NCBI GenBank assembly: GCA_016219865.1
Contig: JACRKF010000023.1
Span: 1 to 20,243 of the forward strand
Reading direction: 5' to 3'
Length of the DNA: 20,243 nt
DNA from: Candidatus Woesearchaeota archaeon
Lineage (GTDB): Archaea; Nanobdellota; Nanobdellia; Woesearchaeales; DSVV01
Position 1 is the stretch's first letter; the number at the start of each line of letters is the position of its first letter. Under the pieces are notes generated by a model. The model had not been told where the DNA came from and did no database searches. It was given only the letters and a program-made list of their open reading frames with translations. Both the position numbers and the translations under genes were made by a program. Of the stretch, positions 13,562 to 19,523 are shown in pieces.

Positions 13562-14470
13562 TTATAACAACATTTTATAACAAACATCTGGAACTTGCAT
13601 TGAAGTATTACCGCTAACTACTGTTTGCAAATATTCTAAAAATTCTTGAACTAAATCACGAGCATATACAATTTTTGCAATCTTTCCATGACCTATCTCA
13701 ACTAGTTTTCCTGCTCTATCAACATTAAACTTAGCAGTTGAAATAACTCCAGCTAATCTATCATCAATAATTGCAGGTCCTCCACTTGCTCCAGGTTCAA
13801 CATAAATATTTGTTGCAAATAAATCTTTAAAATAATTTTGACTATCAATTCTAACTAATGAAACAGAAGCTTGCATTACTCTTCCGCGTGACATCAAAGG
13901 AGAATCTTTAGAAAATCCATATATTGAAACAAAATCACCTGTTCTAATTGGTTCATAATACATATCAAATGAATTTACTCTTTGTACGCCATTTCTAGTT
14001 ACAGCTTTAATCAAGGCAATATCATGTTCCACATCAATTGCATAATATCGAATATCTAGTGGATAGACTGTTCTTTTTTTTTCAAGTCTTTTCCTGATAA
14101 AATAGTTCTGACCAACTTTTTTTAATTCTTGTTCAGGATTTGATAAGAATGATAAATTTCTGCTCTCGACATATTTCTTTACAATATCTAATTCATTTCT
14201 AATGCAATGCGCAGCTGTTAATATCCATCCATCTGTTGTCAATAATAATCCTGTACCACTGCTATTATTAAAATTAACTTCAACTAAATTCTCAAGCACA
14301 AGATTAGCAGCGGATTCTTTTCTAGGTGTTTGACCAGGTGAGAAAATAAACCCTAGATTTTCTACAGTATTCTGTAATTGCATTGAAACAATACTTCTAT
14401 AATGAACATATTGCAAATTAGGGATACTATACTTTGGAACTTTTATTTCATCTGGTTGTTGTGCTGCCAT
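13562..14470 (-). CDS. Trypsin-like (S1 / chymotrypsin-fold) serine protease with no signal peptide and no PDZ domain
   Basis: 302 aa. The catalytic triad appears in canonical order: WILTAAHC (His), HDIALIK (Asp), EPGASGGP (Ser). The N-terminus is hydrophilic. Confidence 0.85.
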   Translation of the reverse strand: MAAQQPDEIKVPKYSIPNLQYVHYRSIVSMQLQNTVENLGFIFSPGQTPRKESAANLVLENLVEVNFNNSSGTGLLLTTDGWILTAAHCIRNELDIVKKYVESRNLSFLSNPEQELKKVGQNYFIRKRLEKKRTVYPLDIRYYAIDVEHDIALIKAVTRNGVQRVNSFDMYYEPIRTGDFVSIYGFSKDSPLMSRGRVMQASVSLVRIDSQNYFKDLFATNIYVEPGASGGPAIIDDRLAGVISTAKFNVDRAGKLVEIGHGKIAKIVYARDLVQEFLEYLQTVVSGNTSMQVPDVCYKMLL

Positions 14471-14492
14471 ATTGTTTAAGAAAAAGAGCCAG

Positions 14493-14501
14493 TATATAAA
14501 A
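14493..14501 (-). promoter_or_regulatory. TATA box (minus strand TTTTATATA) 23 nt upstream of the protease ATG
   Basis: Read directly. It is one half of a divergent promoter pair. Confidence 0.5.
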
Positions 14502-14540
14502 CTTAGTATATTTACTACTCCAAAGATATTAAAACACTAA

Positions 14541-14549
14541 TTTTATATA
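14541..14549 (+). promoter_or_regulatory. TATA box TTTTATATA 23 nt upstream of ATG 14572
   Basis: Read directly. Confidence 0.5.
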
Positions 14550-14571
14550 GTGAAGCAGATTTACCCATACT

Positions 14572-14859
14572 ATGCGTGAAGTAACTGATACTAAATTAGA
14601 GAAATACTTTGATGTAACAAAACGAGCATTAAACAAAGTAAAAATAGCTCAAGAAAAAAGGATTAATTGGAAAGCTTCTGCTGAGGATTTTCTAGATATG
14701 GCAACTCGCTATTATCAAGATGCTGAGCATTTTAAGAAAAAAGGCGATATTGTCACAGCATTTGCTGCATTAAACTATGCGCATGGCTGGTTAGATGCAG
14801 GTGCTAGACTTGGATTATTTGATGTAGATCATGATAATGAATTGTTTACAGTAAATTGA
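14572..14859 (+). CDS. Small helical protein, DUF357-like
   Basis: 95 aa. YYQDAEHF...ALNYAHGWLDAGARLGLF resembles the archaeal DUF357 signature as I remember it. Confidence 0.5.
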   Translation: MREVTDTKLEKYFDVTKRALNKVKIAQEKRINWKASAEDFLDMATRYYQDAEHFKKKGDIVTAFAALNYAHGWLDAGARLGLFDVDHDNELFTVN

Positions 14860-14896
14860 TCAAATTATTTACTTCAGCAATAAATTTAAGATAATA

Positions 14897-15008
14897 TGAG
14901 CAGCATTGGAATCGAACAAACTTTTTATTAAAAAGTTTGATCAAAAACATCCTAAGTACGGCATTCGCTTTGCTCAGCCGTACAACGAACTGCGTTCCTA
15001 CTGCTGAT
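14897..15008 (-). ncRNA. Unclassified tRNA-like structured element immediately 3' of tRNA-Lys
   Basis: On the minus strand it ends GTTTG-TTCGATT-CCAAT-GCTGCTC-A, a T-arm plus acceptor 3' strand resembling tRNA-Lys. It contains a 10-bp hairpin at 14917-14939 and a 7-bp hairpin at 14956-14983. I could not fold a complete cloverleaf. Confidence 0.25.
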
Positions 15009-15020
15009 ATCACATGGCAA

Positions 15021-15110
15021 TGAGCAGCACGGGATTCGAACCCGCAACCTTCCGGTTTCTTCGAAAAAACTTAAGAGCCGGATGCTCTAACCAGGTTGAG
15101 CTAGCTGCCC
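15021..15110 (-). tRNA. tRNA-Lys(CUU) with a 15-nt intron at the canonical 37/38 position
   Basis: Minus strand reading: GGGCAGC TA GCTC AACCTGGTTA GAGC A TCCGG CTCTTA[AGTTTTTTCGAAGAA]A CCGGA AGGTT GCGGG TTCGAAT CCCGT GCTGCTC A. All stems pair, with G-U at positions 2-71 and 49-65. The intron maps to 15057-15071. CCA is not encoded. Confidence 0.9.
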
Positions 15111-15135
15111 ATAATTTGGAAGATTAATCCAATCC

Positions 15136-15143
15136 TTTTTTAA
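15136..15143 (-). promoter_or_regulatory. Possible A/T box (TTAAAAAA on the minus strand) about 26 nt upstream of the tRNA 5' end
   Basis: Supported by position only. Confidence 0.3.
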
Positions 15144-15185
15144 GGTTGCGGTTGATTAATGGTATTGGAGATATTAATGCATAAC

Positions 15186-15193
15186 TATTTATA
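15186..15193 (+). promoter_or_regulatory. TATA box TATTTATA 24 nt upstream of ATG 15217
   Basis: Read directly. Confidence 0.45.
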
Positions 15194-15216
15194 CAAAAAG
15201 GATTATCATAATAAAC

Positions 15217-15786
15217 ATGGATATCTTACAAATAAACTCAAATAATAACAAAAATCAATATGATAAACAGTTGATTAATCTCATCGAGAAAAGAATTCGG
15301 AAGAATCTTCGATCAAAGGATATTTTAAAGAAAGATCAAACTATTTATGTAATTGATCCGTTGACAATGTTTTTCTTAGAGAGAATTGTAACACTTCCAG
15401 TAAACATTGTCAGACTTTCCAAAAAAGAACTAAATATTAAAGAATATAATTACACAATTTTTACAAACAAAGAAGTTAAACTATTCAGAAAAAAGATGAA
15501 GAAAAACGAAATCTTGTTCCTCCCGCTTTTATTAGATGATTATTGCGCACTATTTCTGCAATCGCATTTTGCAGACCAACAAATAAAAAAACAAGCTCTG
15601 CATTCATTATTTGAAACAATTACTTATGAAGAAATAAAAGTTATAGCTGAGAAATTCAAGCTAAAAGTTCCTTTCAACAGAAAAGATGATCTTTATCAAT
15701 TATTGGATGCTTTAGAAGCAAAATTCAATGGTACAAAGCATGCATTGTATAATTCGTTGCAGTTTTATAATAAAAATTTGATTTAG
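15217..15786 (+). CDS. Hypothetical 189-aa lysine-rich protein
   Basis: The ORF has a leaderless-type promoter. I found no convincing motif. Confidence 0.55.
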   Translation: MDILQINSNNNKNQYDKQLINLIEKRIRKNLRSKDILKKDQTIYVIDPLTMFFLERIVTLPVNIVRLSKKELNIKEYNYTIFTNKEVKLFRKKMKKNEILFLPLLLDDYCALFLQSHFADQQIKKQALHSLFETITYEEIKVIAEKFKLKVPFNRKDDLYQLLDALEAKFNGTKHALYNSLQFYNKNLI

Positions 15787-15816
15787 TCGTAGTTTCTTCT
15801 CTCCGTATTGCAGAGC

Positions 15817-15858
15817 TTAGTATTTCCTGAATGAGCGAAGCGAATTCGGAAATACTAA
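15817..15858 (+). other. Long hairpin: 11-bp perfect stem TTAGTATTTCC / GGAAATACTAA plus GAAT/ATTC, with an apical GAGCGAAGCGA
   Basis: Read directly. It lies between the stop of ORF 15217-15786 and the TATA box of the next gene. The apex contains GCGAAGC. Confidence 0.7.
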
Positions 15859-15861
15859 ATC

Positions 15862-15869
15862 TTTATATA
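15862..15869 (+). promoter_or_regulatory. TATA box TTTATATA 23 nt upstream of ATG 15892
   Basis: Read directly. Confidence 0.5.
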
Positions 15870-15891
15870 TCTCTTCATCTCAGAGCAAACT

Positions 15892-16353
15892 ATGAGCCTA
15901 TTTGGAAAGTTAGCATTTTGGAAGAAAAAAGATGATGATGCAAGATTAGGTATAGATACAAAAGGAGATTTTGCAGCATTAAACCTTAATGATCCGCAAT
16001 TAGGTAATGACTTGGGATTAAATAATGATCCAAACCTTAGTAATAATACTAATCTTGGTTTGGATTTAGATAATCAGCAACAGTCATTCAAACAATTTGG
16101 TTCGCAGAATTATTCACCAAAAAATCCAGGCACAGGCGCAGCTGTTGTGCGGCAAGTTGAACAATCACCTTTTCAGCAGCAGCAAGTTTCACAACATCAG
16201 ATGTTATACAATAAAGATGTAGAATTATTATATGCAAAGATTGATGCAATTAGAGCAAATATTGAGTCAATTAATCAGCGTTTATCAAATATTGAAAGAA
16301 TTCTGCAAGGGCAGCAAACTCAGTCACAGATTGATAGAAGAAGAGTTTATTAA
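15892..16353 (+). CDS. Low-complexity N/Q/D-rich protein with a C-terminal coiled coil
   Basis: 153 aa. The N-terminus is MSLFGKLAFWKKK. LGxD/N-type repeats follow. The C-terminal heptad-like segment is LLYAKIDAIRANIESINQRLSNIERIL. Confidence 0.6.
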   Translation: MSLFGKLAFWKKKDDDARLGIDTKGDFAALNLNDPQLGNDLGLNNDPNLSNNTNLGLDLDNQQQSFKQFGSQNYSPKNPGTGAAVVRQVEQSPFQQQQVSQHQMLYNKDVELLYAKIDAIRANIESINQRLSNIERILQGQQTQSQIDRRRVY

Positions 16354-16354
16354 A

Positions 16355-16412
16355 GAGAATTTTGTGGTAAAAGCCATAATTGTTTTGCAATTAATTTACC
16401 TGCAAAATTCTC
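16355..16412. repeat. Palindromic intergenic repeat, copy 5 (extended): GAGAATTTTGtGGTAAA ... TTTACCtGCAAAATTCTC
   Basis: Read directly. It starts 2 nt after the stop at 16351-53 and ends 15 nt before the stop of the convergent zinc-ribbon gene. Confidence 0.8.
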
Positions 16413-16426
16413 CAGATAAAGTTCTA

Positions 16427-16633
16427 TCAAGTTGTTCTGCTTCTGTACGGTGAATAATTTCCTTTTGCTTTCTGAGATGTCTTTTCTTCTGCAAGAAGTT
16501 GATATTTGCTGCTTGCATCATAGCCGCAATTATCGCAGATAAGATAATATTCTTTTAAGTATTTAACATAATCAATATTAGATGATTTGCATTTAGGACA
16601 ATTGCTTTTACGTTCCATTTCAGTTCTTATCAT
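16427..16633 (-). CDS. Zinc-ribbon miniprotein
   Basis: 68 aa with CPKC ... CDNC. On the minus strand a TATA-like ATATAAAT lies about 24 nt upstream. Confidence 0.6.
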   Translation of the reverse strand: MIRTEMERKSNCPKCKSSNIDYVKYLKEYYLICDNCGYDASSKYQLLAEEKTSQKAKGNYSPYRSRTT

Positions 16634-16679
16634 AAACCTGCTATAAAAATATTCTTATTTATATTAATCCCCAGAAAAG

Positions 16680-16710
16680 TTTATATACAAGATATATCTT
16701 ATGTATCTTG
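16680..16710 (+). promoter_or_regulatory. TATA box (16680-16687) followed by operator-like palindromes: AAGATATATCTT (16689-16700) and CAAGATA/TATCTTG (16688-94 with 16704-10)
   Basis: Read directly. The palindromes sit between the TATA box and the antitoxin ATG, the position expected for AbrB-type antitoxin autoregulation. Confidence 0.5.
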
Positions 16711-16719
16711 TGATTAAAA

Positions 16720-16986
16720 ATGAAACACATTATTGAATTAGGAACTATAAGCTCGCGAGGTCAGATTGCTATACCTTCTTCTGTAAGAAATAAACTAGGG
16801 TTAAATAAAGGACAGAAAATAATATTTTTCCTAAAAGATAATACTTTATTGATAAGGAAAGTAGATACATCTACCTTTGAAGAAATAACAAGGCCATTAC
16901 ATAAGCTAGCAGAAAAAGCAAACTTCAAAGAGTCTGATGTTCCACATATTCTAGAAAGATTCAGAAAAAGGAAGAATGGATTATGA
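16720..16986 (+). CDS. vapB: AbrB/SpoVT-domain antitoxin (VapB-like)
   Basis: 88 aa. It has the swapped-hairpin motif SSRGQIAIPSSVRNKLGLNKGQKIIF. Its stop overlaps the toxin start (ATGA). Confidence 0.85.
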   Translation: MKHIIELGTISSRGQIAIPSSVRNKLGLNKGQKIIFFLKDNTLLIRKVDTSTFEEITRPLHKLAEKANFKESDVPHILERFRKRKNGL

Positions 16987-17432
16987 GGATAACAGTAGAT
17001 ACAAATATTTTAGTTTCTGCAACCTTTTGGTATGGTGATTCTTTTAGAATAATAAAACTAGCTGAGAATAAACAATTAACTTTAGTTCTTTCTGATGAAA
17101 TACTTGAAGAATATTATGGAGTACTTAATTATGATGAAATAAAACAAAAAATAGAACTAAATAATCTTGAAGCAAAGTTTACTCTTATCAAACTAAGATT
17201 ATTATCAGAAATAGTAAAAAGCTTGAATAAGATAGATGTTATTAAAGATGATCCTGATGATAATATAATCTTAGAATGTGCAATTTCAGGTAATGTTGAT
17301 TATATTATCTCACATGATAAACATCTTCTTAATTTAAACAATTATAATAATATTAAGATAATAACAGCAAGAGAATTCTTAAAATTAATAATAATCTACT
17401 GCACAGCAACCCCTTTTTTATTCTTCATCTGA
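16983..17432 (+). CDS. vapC: PIN-domain toxin (VapC-like, TIGR00305-type)
   Basis: 149 aa. It has ITVDTNILVSA and KDDPDDNIILECAISGNVDYIISHDKHLL. The last roughly 12 codons overlap the convergent SBP gene. Confidence 0.85.
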   Translation: MRITVDTNILVSATFWYGDSFRIIKLAENKQLTLVLSDEILEEYYGVLNYDEIKQKIELNNLEAKFTLIKLRLLSEIVKSLNKIDVIKDDPDDNIILECAISGNVDYIISHDKHLLNLNNYNNIKIITAREFLKLIIIYCTATPFLFFI

Positions 17433-18535
17433 AACATTGATTCTTCGATTGTTCGTACAATCCCATCACTACTCATAGTTAAGGTTCCTGAGATTCCTTT
17501 TAATCCAGTAATCTTGTAGAGTTCATCTTTTAAAGGTTCTCCTGCATAATTACCTGATCTCATTGCTTGAGCAAGCACCATTACACTGTCATATCCTGTA
17601 GCTGAGTACAATGGTTGTTGCGGCAGCTCTTCAAACTTCTGCTTATAATCTTGCAAAAATTGTTTATATTCTGGAGTTTCAGGATTCCATGAACTGAAGT
17701 ACAATCCTTCTTCAGCTTCTGCAGCATTTTGAAAAAAATACTGGCTCATTACTGTATCAATCGCTAAAAATGTAACATTCAACTGCAATTCTCTTGCTTG
17801 CTTTACAATAAATCCAGATTCATCATAGCCAACAAATAATATTGTGTCAATTCCTTTATCTTTAATCTTTAACAATATTGTTCTGAAATCTGTGGTATCT
17901 GCAGCATAACCAAAAGCAGCAGATGAATCTCCTCCAAGAGATGCAAACTTCTGAGTAAATGCATCTTTTACAAGCACAGCAAAAGCATCGTTATTAAAGT
18001 AAATGATTGCGACATCTTTCTTTTGCAGCTTTTTGTCTGCAAATTCTGCCAATACATAACCAATTCCCTCATCATATACGCCAATTCCAAAGAGAAATTC
18101 TCCAGCTGCTGCAATCTCTTCGCTTGTATCCAAGCTGTCAACAATTACTCTTTTCGTTTTATCAGCTTCTGAAGCAATTGACAACAATCCAGAATAGCTT
18201 GGGGACAAGATTGCATTTGGATCATTGATTGAAGTTATTTTTTGGAACGCAACAATTGTTTGTTTTGCATCCAACTGATCATCTTCAACAAGCAATCTTA
18301 TCTGTCGATTATTAATTCCACCGTTCTTATTTAATTTATCAACCGCTAGTTCTACACCATGCAGATTATCTAATCCTAATGATGCAACTTGTCCAGTCAT
18401 CGGTCCAATCCATGCGAGAGTTATCTGTTCTTGTTCATTCGCTGTTTTCTGCTGAACTACTTTTCCTGTTGCTGTACAGCTTATGATTATTGCAATGGAT
18501 AGGAAAGCTACCGCTATATTTATTATTTTTTTCAT
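17396..18535 (-). CDS. ABC-transporter substrate-binding lipoprotein, LivJ/LivK (branched-chain amino acid, Peripla_BP_6) family; orphan
   Basis: 379 aa. The signal peptide has a lipobox-like IISC. ITLAWIGPMTGQVASLGLDNLHGVELAVDKLNKNGGINNRQIRLLVEDDQ is typical of the family. No permease or ATPase gene lies nearby. Confidence 0.85.
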   Translation of the reverse strand: MKKIINIAVAFLSIAIIISCTATGKVVQQKTANEQEQITLAWIGPMTGQVASLGLDNLHGVELAVDKLNKNGGINNRQIRLLVEDDQLDAKQTIVAFQKITSINDPNAILSPSYSGLLSIASEADKTKRVIVDSLDTSEEIAAAGEFLFGIGVYDEGIGYVLAEFADKKLQKKDVAIIYFNNDAFAVLVKDAFTQKFASLGGDSSAAFGYAADTTDFRTILLKIKDKGIDTILFVGYDESGFIVKQARELQLNVTFLAIDTVMSQYFFQNAAEAEEGLYFSSWNPETPEYKQFLQDYKQKFEELPQQPLYSATGYDSVMVLAQAMRSGNYAGEPLKDELYKITGLKGISGTLTMSSDGIVRTIEESMFQMKNKKGVAVQ

Positions 18536-18539
18536 AAAA

Positions 18540-19433
18540 TCACCTTGATTTACAACCCATTGGAACTGCTGAATCTAAGGGGATATCCCATTTTTGATAG
18601 ATAGTTTGTGAGGGTGTAATTATTAACTGTTGTTTACCATGCTGATAATGAAGCATGCAAAGCCAAATATGTGTAATCCCCTCATTATTTGCTTTTTTGT
18701 TTATATCTCTCAACTCTTCAGCAGTTACTCCTAATGCTGCAAATCGCTGCATAAAAAGAGGATATGCAACAGGCAATTGATTAACAACTAATTTTTTATT
18801 ACCACAACTATCTGCTAAAAGTTTTTGCAATATTATTGGTCCTTTATGATTGCCTACGCCATAGCATGCAATTTGTGCATAACCATTCGGAGCCATATAA
18901 TCACTAATCTCTTTCAATATCTTTTCCAATATATCTGTTCCGTAAACTCCCGCTGCTGAATGCATGTAATAATTAAATCCATGTGGTGTTGGCTCAAATG
19001 GGGGATTTGCAATAATGTAATCAAATGTTTTTCCTGTAACAGGTTTGAAGATTTCTTCAAGATTGCCCTCTTTTATCTCAATACAATCTTCTAATCCATT
19101 TTGCAAGATATTATAACCTACAAAAGTTATTGCTCTTGAATTAATTTCTAAACCAGTAACATGTTTTGCATCAAAAAATCTTCCTGCTGCTATTGACAAC
19201 ACTCCACATCCTATACCTATGTCAAGCACTGACGCGTTCTTCATTTTCCGTTCATCTATCTGCTCGATGAAAAATAAGTTTTCAGGATGTAAAGGCATAA
19301 CTTGATCTCTTTTAGCATATGCTACATGATCAGTAACTATTTTCATTGATTTACTTCTTCCTTTTATTTCAATTATTGTCTTCCTTTTCGTCTTCATTTC
19401 TGAAGTTTTGTAATATATTACTTTAATCTCCAT
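18540..19433 (-). CDS. Class I SAM-dependent methyltransferase, HemK/MTS-like with an NPPF motif
   Basis: 297 aa. Motif I is VLDIGIGCGVLSIAA and motif IV is YIIANPPFEP. The stop lies 4 nt before the SBP start. On the minus strand a TATA at 19456-19463 lies 23 nt upstream of ATG 19433. Confidence 0.8.
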   Translation of the reverse strand: MEIKVIYYKTSEMKTKRKTIIEIKGRSKSMKIVTDHVAYAKRDQVMPLHPENLFFIEQIDERKMKNASVLDIGIGCGVLSIAAGRFFDAKHVTGLEINSRAITFVGYNILQNGLEDCIEIKEGNLEEIFKPVTGKTFDYIIANPPFEPTPHGFNYYMHSAAGVYGTDILEKILKEISDYMAPNGYAQIACYGVGNHKGPIILQKLLADSCGNKKLVVNQLPVAYPLFMQRFAALGVTAEELRDINKKANNEGITHIWLCMLHYQHGKQQLIITPSQTIYQKWDIPLDSAVPMGCKSR

Positions 19434-19470
19434 CTAGTAGTAATCATTGCAGCAACTATAAAATTATTTG

Positions 19471-19488
19471 TCGCATCTAAAGATGCGA
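19471..19488. promoter_or_regulatory. Perfect inverted repeat TCGCATCT-AA-AGATGCGA in a divergent promoter region
   Basis: Read directly. It abuts the trmB-side TATA box (TTTTATAAA, 19492-19500), which lies 24 nt upstream of ATG 19524. Confidence 0.5.
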
Positions 19489-19523
19489 AAGTTTTATAAA
19501 CGAGTAATCTATCAATAGCTACC

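Noticed and set aside
15015-15020. TTGCCA just after the tRNA-Lys discriminator as an encoded CCA end.
   Set aside because: The CCA is not contiguous with discriminator A73; three extra bases intervene. CCA is therefore presumably added post-transcriptionally.
10700-15110. An integrated mobile element targeting tRNA-Lys, with the tRNA-like fragment as an att duplication.
   Set aside because: No integrase or recombinase gene is present. The tRNA-like piece lies directly next to the tRNA rather than at the far end of an island. Exact shared sequence is only about 10 nt (TGCTGCTCAT).
15217-15786. The N-terminus (IEKRIRKNLRSKDILKKDQTIYVIDPLT) vaguely resembles the lead-in to a PP-loop ATPase (TilS/TtcA-type).
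   Set aside because: The SGGxDS PP-loop itself is absent and nothing downstream matches, so the resemblance is too weak to call.
15892-15940. The MSLFGKL N-terminus resembles the N-termini of eukaryotic ESCRT-III/Snf7 proteins.
   Set aside because: Only about 7 residues match. The rest of the protein is low-complexity and lacks the ESCRT-III helical hairpin pattern.
16232-16453. Plus-strand 73-aa ORF overlapping the end of ORF 15892-16353 and the repeat.
   Set aside because: It is an alternative frame that reads through the palindromic repeat, and it has no promoter or Shine-Dalgarno. ORF 11496-11681 (minus strand) is rejected for the same reason.
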